DNA of 64,000 bases from Candidatus Heimdallarchaeota archaeon. Its GTDB lineage: Archaea > Asgardarchaeota > Heimdallarchaeia > Heimdallarchaeales > Heimdallarchaeaceae. A program made the translations under genes and the position numbers. Positions 1-10,410 of this stretch are shown piece by piece (positions within the stretch are counted from its first letter, which is position 1; every line of letters starts with the position of its first letter). Where the stretch lies: positions 384,001 to 448,000 of the forward strand of contig JAUVXV010000001.1 of assembly GCA_030603365.1 (NCBI GenBank), in the 5' to 3' direction. The notes under the pieces are model-generated. The model ran no database searches and was not told where the DNA came from. It worked only from the letters and a program-made list of their open reading frames with translations.

Positions 1-2
1 AA

Positions 3-1094
3 GGAGAAGTTGTTTCAATAGGTGTTTTATGCAATGCTATAGATTTGTTACAATATCTGGTTGAGGAAGAAATTACTCCTCTCGTTCTAACAGATCAAAC
101 TTCAGCTCATGATCTTTTGAATGGTTACTATCCAATGGGTATTAGTTATGATGAAGCAGATATAATGAGAGTAGAAAGTCCAGAAGAATATCTTGAACGC
201 TCGAAGAAAACAGTTGTTAAACATGTTAGTCTAATGGTTGAACTAAATAAACGGGGAGCAGAAACCTTTGATTATGGAAACAATATACGACAACAAGCTT
301 ATGAATTAGGAGTTGAAGATGCATTTGATTATTCTGGTTTTGTTCTAGAATATGTTCGACCCCTCTTTTGTGAAGGTAAAGGTCCTTTTAGATGGATGGC
401 TCTTAGTAATGATCCTGAGGATATCAAAATTACAGACAAATATGCAAAAAAACTATTCTACGATGATACTCAACTTGTTAACTGGTTGGAACTTGCAGAT
501 AAGTATATTCCATTTGAAAAAGGCTTACCCGCAAGAGTATTTTGGGCTGGTTTTGTTGGACGAGCTGCTTTTGGAATGTTGATGAACAAACTAGTTTCTG
601 AAGGAATTCTAAAAGCTCCAGTAGTTATCGGTCGGGATCATTTGGATGGAGGAAGTGTAGCTTCGCCGAATAGGGAAACTGAGGGAATGAAAGATGGTAG
701 TGATGCTATAGGTGATTACCCAATAATCAACCTCTTAGGAAATGCATTAAGTGGAGCAACTTGGGTGTCATATCATGGTGGAGGGGGTGTAGGAGTAGGT
801 TATTCGCTACATGCAGGTCAAGTAATTCTTGCTGATGGAACAAGACTTTCTCAAGAAAAACTTTTCCGTGTCCTTACTTGGGATCCCTTGAGTGCCGTTT
901 TACGTCATGCAGCTGCTGGGTACGAAAAAGCTATTGATGTTGGAAATGAACATAAGTTAGTTATTCCTGGACGAAATGAAATAAGAGAATTCGATTATGA
1001 GAAGCTTTACGACCATATAGTCACTCTGGTCAAAGATAGAACTGGAGTAGAATTATTTCCACCTATGGAAAACCTTGAATTATCCCTGAAGTGA
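3..1094 (+). CDS. hutU: Urocanate hydratase (5'-truncated by window edge)
   Basis: Motifs TDQTSAHD, FDYGNNIR, RPLFCEGKGPFRW, GRDHLD, SPNRETE, HGGGGVGVG; frame stays open upstream of 45 to position 3 (GEVVSIGVLCNA). Confidence 0.97.
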   Translation, partial: GEVVSIGVLCNAIDLLQYLVEEEITPLVLTDQTSAHDLLNGYYPMGISYDEADIMRVESPEEYLERSKKTVVKHVSLMVELNKRGAETFDYGNNIRQQAYELGVEDAFDYSGFVLEYVRPLFCEGKGPFRWMALSNDPEDIKITDKYAKKLFYDDTQLVNWLELADKYIPFEKGLPARVFWAGFVGRAAFGMLMNKLVSEGILKAPVVIGRDHLDGGSVASPNRETEGMKDGSDAIGDYPIINLLGNALSGATWVSYHGGGGVGVGYSLHAGQVILADGTRLSQEKLFRVLTWDPLSAVLRHAAAGYEKAIDVGNEHKLVIPGRNEIREFDYEKLYDHIVTLVKDRTGVELFPPMENLELSLK

Positions 1095-1189
1095 TATTCT
1101 TTTCTCATTCTTCTATTCTTTTTTCCCATCACATAGTAAATCTTTAAATTTCAACTAATTTATTTGAATATGTCTGTTCAGTGATTTAA

Positions 1190-1885
1190 ATGAATACTGA
1201 AATTACTAAGATTCTGGAAATTTGTAAAAATCAAGGAAAAACCGTTCTTTCTTATGAGGAATCTAGAACAATAATGTCTCTAGCAGGTTTTCCACTAAAT
1301 AAAATGGAAATTGCAGTAGACTCGGAAGATTGTTTGGTTAAAGCTAAAAAAATAGGTTATCCTGTTGTTTTGAAAGTTATTTCTGAAAATGTGATTCATA
1401 AATCAGATTCAGGTGGAGTTAAAATAAATATAAGCTCGGATGAGGATTTGAAAAAGGCACATGAAGAAATGTTAGTTAGCGTGAAAAATATCTACCCCGA
1501 TGCTACTATTACTGGTTTCAGTATTGAAGAAATGGTTGACGGTGTTGAATTACTCATAGGCACAAATACTGATGATCAATTTGGAAAGATGATTGCTTTG
1601 GGGATTGGGGGGATTTTTGTTGAAGTGTATAAAGATGTTTCATTCCGTTTGATTCCAGTAAATGAAAAAGATGTCTTAGAAATGATTGCGGAAATTAAAG
1701 GAAAGAAAATGCTTGAAGGGTATAGAGGCAAACCTGAAGTGGATAAAGCTGAACTAATCTCTTTAGTGCTAAAGGTCTCCAAATTTATAGAGCAATATCC
1801 AAATATCAAAGAAATGGATCTCAACCCTGTAGTTGTAACTAAGACTGGTCTTAAAACAATTGATGCGCGAATAATTCTAGAATAA
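1190..1885 (+). CDS. ADP-forming acyl-CoA synthetase beta subunit (ATP-grasp), no adjacent alpha gene
   Basis: GYPVVLK, HKSDSGGV, FG..IALGIGGIFVEVYKDVSFR, EMDLNP, DARI. Confidence 0.92.
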   Translation: MNTEITKILEICKNQGKTVLSYEESRTIMSLAGFPLNKMEIAVDSEDCLVKAKKIGYPVVLKVISENVIHKSDSGGVKINISSDEDLKKAHEEMLVSVKNIYPDATITGFSIEEMVDGVELLIGTNTDDQFGKMIALGIGGIFVEVYKDVSFRLIPVNEKDVLEMIAEIKGKKMLEGYRGKPEVDKAELISLVLKVSKFIEQYPNIKEMDLNPVVVTKTGLKTIDARIILE

Positions 1886-1941
1886 TGAGATGAAAAGATA
1901 AATTTTTATTTCTTAAAAAAACTTTAGACTTGGTGAAGTAC

Positions 1942-2211
1942 ATGAAAATTCGAGCATCACATATATTAATAAAAAAATATGGACAAGCTGAACAGATACT
2001 CTCTGAACTTAAAGGTGGCGGAAATTTTAAGCAATTAGCAAAAACCCATTCAACATGTCCATCTAGTAAGAAAGGAGGAGATCTTGGTCAATTTGGTAAA
2101 GGACAAATGGTCAAGGAATTTGAACAAGCTGCATTTAATCTAAAAAAAGGCGAATTATCAGGTTTAGTAAAAACCAAATTTGGATATCATATCATCAAAA
2201 GAACAGGATGA
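1942..2211 (+). CDS. ppiC: Parvulin-type peptidyl-prolyl cis-trans isomerase
   Basis: [35 protein letters not shown]; ATG 1942 preceded by GGTGA. Confidence 0.95.
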   Translation: MKIRASHILIKKYGQAEQILSELKGGGNFKQLAKTHSTCPSSKKGGDLGQFGKGQMVKEFEQAAFNLKKGELSGLVKTKFGYHIIKRTG

Positions 2212-2297
2212 ACTCACTCCTTTTTTTTCTTCTTGTTAGAGAGAAATCTTTATATTTAACTATATGTGTATTAATTTAGCACACACGATGGTGTATT

Positions 2298-2960
2298 ATG
2301 ATGTCAGTAGATGTTGATGATAATATCAAAAGGCAGGTAAAAGAGATTTTCCAGCATATGGAAAATGAAGTTACTGCTAAGTTATTTGTAGACAAAGATA
2401 AATGTCTAACTTGCGCTCAAACAAAGGAAATTCTTGAATTGTTAGCTGAATTAGCACCAGAAAACAAGCTTAAAGTTGTGATTTTTAACAAAGAAGATAA
2501 TCCTCCAGAAATTGAGCAGTATGAAGTTAGAAGATTTCCAACAATTTTATTACATGGAGATGAAGAACATAAAGTTATATTCACAGGAATTCCAAGTGGT
2601 TACGAATTTGGTTCACTAGTTGAAGATATTCTAGATATATCCGCAAGAAAGGTTACTTTAAAACCAGAAAATCTAGAAAAAGTTAAGAAAATAGATAAAC
2701 CAATTCACATTCAAGTTTTTGTTACTCCAACATGTCCATATTGTCCAGCTGCAGTTCGTTTGGCTCACAAACTAGCAATGGCTAATCCAAATATTATTGG
2801 AGAAATGGTTGAAGCAACAGAATTTCCGCTTTTATCGAAGAAATATTTTGTAATGGGAGTTCCAAAAACAGTAATTAATGAAGGAAAGGTTCAATTTGAA
2901 GGGGCTTATCCTGAAGATGACTTTGTAGAAAAAGTTCTCGAAGCTTATAAGGATGCATAA
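2298..2960 (+). CDS. Protein disulfide oxidoreductase (two thioredoxin folds, PDO/AhpF-NTD type)
   Basis: CLTC and CPYC motifs, GIPSGYEF, GVPKTVIN. Confidence 0.92.
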   Translation: MMSVDVDDNIKRQVKEIFQHMENEVTAKLFVDKDKCLTCAQTKEILELLAELAPENKLKVVIFNKEDNPPEIEQYEVRRFPTILLHGDEEHKVIFTGIPSGYEFGSLVEDILDISARKVTLKPENLEKVKKIDKPIHIQVFVTPTCPYCPAAVRLAHKLAMANPNIIGEMVEATEFPLLSKKYFVMGVPKTVINEGKVQFEGAYPEDDFVEKVLEAYKDA

Positions 2961-2985
2961 TTGCACCTATAAGTTCCTTTTATTT

Positions 2986-4044
2986 TTATTCCTCTAAATC
3001 ATCTTTTATGATTTCACTAGGATCTTGTAATTCTTCTTCTTTTTCTTCCACAATTTTCTCATCAGAAGAGACTTCAGAAACGTCTTTAATTTCTTTAGTT
3101 TCGGAAACCTGCTCTTCAACAGCTTCTTCTTTGATTTCAACAGGATCCTCACTTATTTCTTCTTCCTCTTCCTCCTCTTCTTCTACATCTTCTAATTCAT
3201 GCTCTTTCTTTTCATTATACAATTTTTTGATATTCTGTTTTACTAAATCAATAGCAGTTTTCTTCTGCATTTCTACTTCTTTTAATTTAAGATTTATATC
3301 TTCTTCAGTTAGGATTTTCTTTGTTTCTTTATCATCATCTAATTCTATTGACTCAATATAATCTTTCATCATGTTTAATCTCATATTGAGGGCTTTGAAA
3401 CTATCATGATCCTTAACTTCGTTAATTTGTTTTGGTAAACCTTGCAGTTCTAGAAGATATTGCTGTATCTGGAATGCAAAATTTTCAAGTTTATCCATTG
3501 TCTGAAATACTTTCTTCTCAAGTTTTTCTTCTGCAATATCAGTTTTTGATAATCTAGCTTTTTTGGTTTCTTTGTCAGTGAAAAATAGAACATGAACTTT
3601 ACCATAACCATAGAGTAAGATTGGCATTACAAAGATCATTACAAAAATGGGTATAAAGCAAATAAGAGGAATAGCAATAATAGGTTTTAACCCTTGAAAA
3701 TTATTGAATAAATTCTGCAATGATTCTTCGAAAATTGGTATGGTTTCATGCAAGATAACAATAATCATACTGTAAAATAATACTACAGGAATTGATATTC
3801 CAAGTGATTTCAGTAGAGATTTGAACATATTGAATGTTGAATCAAGCGAAACTTCATCCTTATAGTGATATACACATTCTGTTACAGTAATCAACGCCAC
3901 TAGGAAAGCAAGAGGAACTTCAAAAATGGCTAAAATCAGAACATCTGTTGAAAATATAGGTATTAATAGCAGACTGAATATCGCGGCAATAATGAATGAA
4001 AATACACTTTGATTAAGATTCCTAGACATACTTGCATGTGGCAT
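2986..4044 (-). CDS. Hypothetical membrane protein (about 4 TM) with coiled coil and acidic tail
   Basis: Hydrophobic N-terminal half, Glu-rich C-terminus, 352-aa ORF. Confidence 0.75.
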   Translation of the reverse strand: MPHASMSRNLNQSVFSFIIAAIFSLLLIPIFSTDVLILAIFEVPLAFLVALITVTECVYHYKDEVSLDSTFNMFKSLLKSLGISIPVVLFYSMIIVILHETIPIFEESLQNLFNNFQGLKPIIAIPLICFIPIFVMIFVMPILLYGYGKVHVLFFTDKETKKARLSKTDIAEEKLEKKVFQTMDKLENFAFQIQQYLLELQGLPKQINEVKDHDSFKALNMRLNMMKDYIESIELDDDKETKKILTEEDINLKLKEVEMQKKTAIDLVKQNIKKLYNEKKEHELEDVEEEEEEEEEISEDPVEIKEEAVEEQVSETKEIKDVSEVSSDEKIVEEKEEELQDPSEIIKDDLEE

Positions 4045-4166
4045 AATTACTATATAGTTGAGATTCTAAAAAAAGGTTTTCCATGAAGGAAATCGATTGC
4101 ACATTATCGTAATTTCTAAATTGTTTATCAGTAATATTTTTCAATTCAATGGTTATACCTTAGTTA

Positions 4167-5471
4167 ATGAAGAAAAATCTATTAATATTCATATTTGTGT
4201 TTTCTCTCTTATTTTCTATACTTAACAGTAATAATGTCACATATGCTATAGATAATAACAATGTTACAGAAGACACAGAGCTACCCAAGCTAAATGTTAG
4301 TTTCAATGCAACATCAGCTTCAGAGTTTTTCAATGAAACATCATTTCCTAGATATGCTCTAGCTGCAAGACCTATGGGTATGATAAAATACCCAAACAAA
4401 GTAAATCCAGCAATCAAAATATATGATGAGGAAATAAACATCATAACTTCAGGATCTTCTGAAGCTAATACTTGGAACTTTACCATGATAGATGCAAATA
4501 CTTCTCTTTCTTTGAACATACTTGAATCCGAATATATTGATGGAATGTGGTATTTCACCACTTTACCAGAAATTCAAAGAGAAGGATTATATGATTTACA
4601 ACTCAATTGCAGTGAGGGTGATGATTACCAAACTCATGCAATTCAAATTCTTGAAGAACAGTTTTATCCCTTTACCTTTGTACATGTATCCGATACACAT
4701 TTTCCAGCTTATTATGAAGATTTTAATACCACAGATATCAATTTGCAAGAGATTGAGAACATAATAGCGTTAGACCCAGATTTCGTTATTGTAACTGGAG
4801 ATTTAATCCAAGGTCCTACTGCATACTTTTTGGATCCCGAAACTGGAAAGCCATTAAGATCTGAAATTCAATACCGCCTTGCAATTTGGGCTTTAGATCT
4901 GTTTAATAAACCAGTTTTTTATATTCATGGTAACCATGAATTTATAAAATCCTCTTTGATTCCTGATGATCCTGGGACAAATTATTTCAAATATTTTGGA
5001 ACTGTTGTTTATCAGAATTTTACTTTTCTGGATTGGTCTTTTGTTGGTTTTGGTTCTGAATGGTCTGGATTATCTCAAGCAGAATATGATGCTGTATTTC
5101 AAATACTTGCACAGAATTCTGATGGTGCTACAGTGCTATACTACCATTACGATTTTGCAGATCATGCTACAAGTTTACATAATAAATTTCCAATAGAATT
5201 GGCCTTATATGGTCACGAACACCATGAAGATTTGTATCTAAGTAAAAATACATTATATCATCTACAAGCTCCGTTATTTGACAGAGAATTTACATTGTTT
5301 TCAATTCTAAATGAAACAAGCTTAACTGTTGATTCACAAACCTTTAACTTTGAACTACTTCCTTATGTCCCTCCAGAACCAGTTGAAACAACACCTGTGG
5401 AATTTATATTCTTCGGGCCCTCTATGATGATTTTAGCATTAATGGTCAATTATTCAAGAAAAAAGAAGTAA
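4167..5471 (+). CDS. Secreted/surface calcineurin-like metallophosphoesterase with C-terminal membrane anchor
   Basis: Signal peptide; DTH, GDL, GNHE, GHEH motifs; many N-x-S/T sequons; PxxTTP linker, TM segment and RKKK end. Confidence 0.88.
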   Translation: MKKNLLIFIFVFSLLFSILNSNNVTYAIDNNNVTEDTELPKLNVSFNATSASEFFNETSFPRYALAARPMGMIKYPNKVNPAIKIYDEEINIITSGSSEANTWNFTMIDANTSLSLNILESEYIDGMWYFTTLPEIQREGLYDLQLNCSEGDDYQTHAIQILEEQFYPFTFVHVSDTHFPAYYEDFNTTDINLQEIENIIALDPDFVIVTGDLIQGPTAYFLDPETGKPLRSEIQYRLAIWALDLFNKPVFYIHGNHEFIKSSLIPDDPGTNYFKYFGTVVYQNFTFLDWSFVGFGSEWSGLSQAEYDAVFQILAQNSDGATVLYYHYDFADHATSLHNKFPIELALYGHEHHEDLYLSKNTLYHLQAPLFDREFTLFSILNETSLTVDSQTFNFELLPYVPPEPVETTPVEFIFFGPSMMILALMVNYSRKKK

Positions 5472-5556
5472 AACTCTTTTTTCATTCATTTTATTATCAA
5501 ACAAATTTATATTGTACATTGTATAAGCTTGTGTTGTTCATATAAGGGGCATTACT

Positions 5557-6846
5557 ATGCTGGAAATTGATAGATATAAAACATCCTTGAATGAAGTTTT
5601 CTTGGAACAAAAGAAGCTTGAATTACAACTATTAGTTGAGAAAGAGATTGCTGATGCTAATTTTCAATTAGGAAAGATTCCTAAAGAAGCAAATGATGTT
5701 ATTCAAGAAAAATGTAATCCTGTGTTCGTAAAACTAGAAAGAGTGAAGGAAATTGAAAAGGAAGTTCACCACGATTTAATGAGTTTAGTTTATGCGATTG
5801 CAGAACAGTGCGGTGATTATGGTGGTTATATTCATCTTGGTGCAACATCATCTGACATTCAGGATACAGTAAGAGGATTACAACTAAAGGAATCAAAGCA
5901 ACAAATCATTAATGCATTAGAGCAGAATATTGAATCTGTAAAAGAACTAGCTTCAAAACACAAAGATTTAGCTTGTATAGGTAGAACTCATGGAATCCAT
6001 GCTGTTCCAACAACCTACGGTATGAAATTCGGTAATTTTCTCAACGAACTTATACTTGTGAAGGAAACCCTTGAGAACGCTAAAGTAGATTATGGTAAAA
6101 TATCGGGGGCAGTTGGTACCTATGCATCATATGGAACACAAGAAATAGAAAAAATTGTTCTTAGCAAGCTTAAACTTAAGAAGCAACCAATCACATCTCA
6201 AGTAATTACGAGGGTTATACATGCAAAATATGTTCAAGCTCTAGTTTTAATTGCAACTGTTTTAGAACATTTTGCGAAGGAAATTAGAAATCTTCAGAGA
6301 ACTGAAATTGATGAAGTAAGAGAATCTTTTGTAGAAAAACAAGTAGGATCTTCTACTATGGCACAAAAAAGAAATCCTGAAAAAAGTGAGCGGATTTGTG
6401 GTATAGCTCGCATCATCAGAAGTTATGTACAACCAGCTTTAGAAAACATTGGCTTAGAACATGAAAGAGATCTTTCAAATTCAAGTGCAGAAAGGGTCAT
6501 TTTCTCACAAGTTTCAATTCTCACTCACTATATACTTCTTCAAATGGACCAAATTCTAAATTCACTTCATTTTAATACAGAAAAAATCCAATCCAATCTC
6601 TATTTTCGCAAAGGAGCACAATGTGCAGAACATCTTATGATTAAGATGACCGATAAAATAGGAAGACAAAAAGCTCATGATTTGCTGAAGAATTTAGCAA
6701 AAGAAGAAAATTTCATAGAAACAGTTAAGCAAAATGAAATTATCTCCAAATACTTTGACGATGAAGAACTAGATGAGATATTAGATCCTATGAACTATCT
6801 AGGCTTATCAAAAGAAGTCGTACAGAACTTAATAGATTCCCTATGA
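5557..6846 (+). CDS. purB: Adenylosuccinate lyase
   Basis: HLGATSSD, GRTHG.HA.PTT.G, GSSTMAQKRNP, HERDLSNS. Confidence 0.95.
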   Translation: MLEIDRYKTSLNEVFLEQKKLELQLLVEKEIADANFQLGKIPKEANDVIQEKCNPVFVKLERVKEIEKEVHHDLMSLVYAIAEQCGDYGGYIHLGATSSDIQDTVRGLQLKESKQQIINALEQNIESVKELASKHKDLACIGRTHGIHAVPTTYGMKFGNFLNELILVKETLENAKVDYGKISGAVGTYASYGTQEIEKIVLSKLKLKKQPITSQVITRVIHAKYVQALVLIATVLEHFAKEIRNLQRTEIDEVRESFVEKQVGSSTMAQKRNPEKSERICGIARIIRSYVQPALENIGLEHERDLSNSSAERVIFSQVSILTHYILLQMDQILNSLHFNTEKIQSNLYFRKGAQCAEHLMIKMTDKIGRQKAHDLLKNLAKEENFIETVKQNEIISKYFDDEELDEILDPMNYLGLSKEVVQNLIDSL

Positions 6847-6863
6847 TTTTTTTCAATTACTAA

Positions 6864-9389
6864 TTACTCATCCAAAAGATGAAGTTGTTTTAGTATGTTT
6901 TTTTCTCCTGCTAGAATTTCCTCTACGAATAGATTCTTACTAGTTTTTCTCAAAATCTCTAGTAAAACTAATTCTGGAGATTCATATATTTTTGGTGCTC
7001 CAAGAATACTTCTAATTTTTGTTGTTTGTGTGCCTTCCCATTCACCAATATTATATTGAATAGTTAAAAGAAGGTTGCCGAACTCTTCAATACCTGTACT
7101 TGAAAAATATTCAGAAGCTTGAACAATAATCTCATTGTAATCTTTTTCTCCCTTTATAATAAACTGCCAAAGTAAGTCGATTAAGAAAAGTACACCTCTT
7201 AGATAATAATAATTAGATTCGATAACAATACCACTTAACAAGCCAATGTAATTATCAACTTCTTGAGCTACAAAAGGATCTCGGAGATTTTCTTTGTTTA
7301 TTTCAATTACAAGTAGTATTAGATTAAACAGAATCCCTGATGAAATTAATTTATCTGTTTCAAGTGTTTTTTGTATTGTAGTTGCTAAACTAGTATAAGC
7401 TTCAACATATTCTTCATTATACATTTTCTTCAAAGCTTCAAGATATACTATCCAATTCTCTAATTCACTAATTTCATCTTGAAGTTCTCTTAGCTGTGAT
7501 AGAATTTCATCAAAGAATTCATCATTTTTCTCTAAAATATACAATAACCCTTTTTCCACCAGTACTTTGCTCAAGGTTAACTTGAGATTATTATCAATTA
7601 AGAATCTCTCTGCATATTTGTAATTCTCTTTAGAATCCTCTAATTTGTTCAAATATAGATTTACTTTAGCCTTGTTCAGGTTAATAATCACATTCTCAAT
7701 GTAATCTTCTTCTTCAGTGAGCAAACCTAACACTTTGTTATATCTTGCCAGACTTTCTTTAAAATCTCCCTTTATTGCTAAAATGTCTGCAATCTTTCTC
7801 AAACATCTAATCCTCTTATTTCGATCAAAAACATCAGAATAATGGCTATAGGATGATCTTAGCTTAACTAAAGCTTCATCAAACTTACCTTGTTGAATAT
7901 CAAAAGAAGCTTGAAGTTCTTTTATCTCTGCGATCTTCATGCTATCTGATATGCGCAAGAAGTAATTCTTAGCTTTTTCTAGGTGACTTTCAGCTTTCTT
8001 TATTTTACTTAGTCTAGTATAGGCTTGGGCAATCACAATGTCACAGTGGGCTATACTATCTTCATCTCCTACTTCAAAATATAGAATTTGACATGCTAAT
8101 AGTGTGAATATTTGTTTACTTATTTCTTCGCTTCGGCTAATGGCAATTTGTGCTCTAATTCTTAAGGCATCTGTTTTTCCTTTTTGATATTGTATCTCTT
8201 CTGAAAGTGTTTCGATTTGATGTGTTCTCTTAATAGCTGAGACAAAATTTCCTTGTCTATAGTCACTGATTGCTATTTGAACCAAAGCTTTAGCAAATTG
8301 TCTTTTGTTAGCAATATTGACAACCTGACTATATGCCTTATCATAAATCTCCTGAGATTTTTCTTTATCATTGGTCGTTGAAAAGCTTTCAGCCAAAGCT
8401 AATAATGTCAAGAAAGTATTACTGTAATCGTGATATTGATTGAAAAGTGAATGCGCCATCTCTAAGCTGTTTCTAGCTAATTTATGATTTCCTAGTTTTA
8501 CCAGAATCTGCCCTCTCATAAAGTGCCCTTTAGCAGCGTAGTATTGTGATATTCCTTGAAGTTTATCATTTGTTTGTGCTGCTAGAATATTCCCTTTCTT
8601 CAGCTCTCCCTTTAGGAAATGAACATGAGCTAAACCAATATCTGCTGCTCCCATTAAAGGTATATTGGATAGGTTTTCAGCTAACTTCTTTGATCGAGTA
8701 AATATCTTCTCTGATGCAATATAATCTGATGAATCTAATTGCTGTTCTCCTAGTATTTGCAAACCTATTAGCTGCCAGTATTGATCATTTGCGTTTTTCC
8801 TTTTTTCTACAAACTCTTCTATTTTTTTAATACCTGAAATGTTGCTTGCTGATTGAAGTTCTATTAAACCTTCAATAAAATCTCTCAATTCTTGAAGTTG
8901 TTGTGGAATTCTTCTAATATTTCTTGAATCAAAAATATCTTCTAGCAAGTTTTTATACTTATCAACATTTTCTGTGTCACCAATTAACTCTTTTAGATAT
9001 GTTATCCAAAAAATTGCTTCTATAAGAGGGACATTATCAGAAGTTTCAGTATCTATAACTTGCTGAAGTAAGGTTATTGCTTCATCTACCTCACCAATTT
9101 CAAAAAGAGCAACACTTCCCCAAACCTTTGTACCTACAATAGAGTCTGTAATGGATTTTATCGCTAAATCATACTGACCTGTAATTACGCCTATTTTTCC
9201 TGCTAAATACCTAAGTTCTTCATCAGTTTCATAAACAGGGTCGTCAATAATATTCCATAATATCCTGCCAATTTGTTTTGAGGCTTCAGCTGTAAATTTT
9301 CCATGGAGTGTTTGAATAATAAATTCTGTTAATTCAGGACTTATTCGGTTCCTGTGTGCAACGATCTCAGGTGGTATAGATTCAGCCAT
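6864..9389 (-). CDS. Large TPR-repeat (alpha-solenoid) protein
   Basis: Repeated helical units such as LG.....G.Y..A....A; 841 aa. Confidence 0.8.
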   Translation of the reverse strand: MAESIPPEIVAHRNRISPELTEFIIQTLHGKFTAEASKQIGRILWNIIDDPVYETDEELRYLAGKIGVITGQYDLAIKSITDSIVGTKVWGSVALFEIGEVDEAITLLQQVIDTETSDNVPLIEAIFWITYLKELIGDTENVDKYKNLLEDIFDSRNIRRIPQQLQELRDFIEGLIELQSASNISGIKKIEEFVEKRKNANDQYWQLIGLQILGEQQLDSSDYIASEKIFTRSKKLAENLSNIPLMGAADIGLAHVHFLKGELKKGNILAAQTNDKLQGISQYYAAKGHFMRGQILVKLGNHKLARNSLEMAHSLFNQYHDYSNTFLTLLALAESFSTTNDKEKSQEIYDKAYSQVVNIANKRQFAKALVQIAISDYRQGNFVSAIKRTHQIETLSEEIQYQKGKTDALRIRAQIAISRSEEISKQIFTLLACQILYFEVGDEDSIAHCDIVIAQAYTRLSKIKKAESHLEKAKNYFLRISDSMKIAEIKELQASFDIQQGKFDEALVKLRSSYSHYSDVFDRNKRIRCLRKIADILAIKGDFKESLARYNKVLGLLTEEEDYIENVIINLNKAKVNLYLNKLEDSKENYKYAERFLIDNNLKLTLSKVLVEKGLLYILEKNDEFFDEILSQLRELQDEISELENWIVYLEALKKMYNEEYVEAYTSLATTIQKTLETDKLISSGILFNLILLVIEINKENLRDPFVAQEVDNYIGLLSGIVIESNYYYLRGVLFLIDLLWQFIIKGEKDYNEIIVQASEYFSSTGIEEFGNLLLTIQYNIGEWEGTQTTKIRSILGAPKIYESPELVLLEILRKTSKNLFVEEILAGEKNILKQLHLLDE

Positions 9390-9459
9390 CGATAATCCTT
9401 CTATAAGCTAATATTATAAAATAAAGATATCTAACAATAAAAAAACTTTATGTAACTGA

Positions 9460-9708
9460 TTATTCCATCTTTAAGGACTCAAGATTGACATTTACTACCT
9501 GTTTAACTCCAGGAATCCTTTCTTTCAGTACTCGTTCAACATAGCCTGTTAAGGTTAATTGGCTGTAAGGACAACCTCTGCATGCACCTTGCAATTCTAC
9601 TCTAACGGTCCCAGTTTCTTCATTTACTTCTACAAGTTCGATGTCTCCACCATCTTGTTGAAGTGCTACACGAATTTCATTAAGTGTGGCTTGAACCTTA
9701 TCTTTCAT
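9460..9708 (-). CDS. NifU/Nfu-type Fe-S cluster carrier
   Basis: LQQDGGDIELV, LQGACRGCP; ATG 9708 preceded by GGTGA. Confidence 0.93.
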   Translation of the reverse strand: MKDKVQATLNEIRVALQQDGGDIELVEVNEETGTVRVELQGACRGCPYSQLTLTGYVERVLKERIPGVKQVVNVNLESLKME

Positions 9709-9799
9709 TATTATCACCAATTTATCTGGTTGTGAAAGTGTAGCTAGTGGTATTTATAGGTGTTTTTCTCGTACAACTTTTTTTTGTTTAAATTATCCT

Positions 9800-10342
9800 T
9801 TATCCCTCAAGCTGTTTGTAGACTTCACTTGTAAATGGTATTAGAGACATAATTATTGCTCTTTTAAAGACATCTTTCCTCATTATACGATTTTTTGTGA
9901 AAATTGCTGTACTTCCACCTTTTTGTTTGACATTATCCTCTTTTGCAATTCTATCCATAATGTCTCCTAGTTCCTTTTCTTTATTTGCTATAAGCTCATC
10001 AAATACAGCTCTAGGCAATGGCATTCTTCCTCCACCAGCGATTGATTTGACTCCACTACTATCACTCACACACACATACCAAGTTAGAAAAGCTCCGTGT
10101 TCATCTGCACTCATTCCCCCCTCCATGCTCACATAATAATCAGCTTTCTCAATTGTTTGAGCTATTTCAATCCGTTTTAATGCAGAATTTAGTGTTTCCT
10201 CAGAAGACATAGGTTGTTTAAAACCACCTAATTTCGCTGACAAATCTAAGAAATTCACCTCCATTTCCATAAAATATGATTTAAACGCTTCTTCTGCAGC
10301 TGAAATCTTAACAGGATTCTTAGAACAGACTATTATTTTCAT
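9800..10342 (-). CDS. Inosine/xanthosine triphosphatase (YjjX/DUF84 family)
   Basis: SKNPVKI, QP.S.EET, EGG, ELGDIMD, NVKQKGG. Confidence 0.9.
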   Translation of the reverse strand: MKIIVCSKNPVKISAAEEAFKSYFMEMEVNFLDLSAKLGGFKQPMSSEETLNSALKRIEIAQTIEKADYYVSMEGGMSADEHGAFLTWYVCVSDSSGVKSIAGGGRMPLPRAVFDELIANKEKELGDIMDRIAKEDNVKQKGGSTAIFTKNRIMRKDVFKRAIIMSLIPFTSEVYKQLEG

Positions 10343-10410
10343 TATTTTCAGTCTCTAAATAATGATATCTTTTTTAAGCATGATGTACAAACATATTTTA
10401 GGTGTTTAGG

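Noticed and set aside
3008-3361. Ser-rich ORF and the many other short ORFs antisense or out of frame to long genes
   Set aside because: Shadow ORFs of Glu/Lys-rich or conserved coding sequence with no independent motifs.
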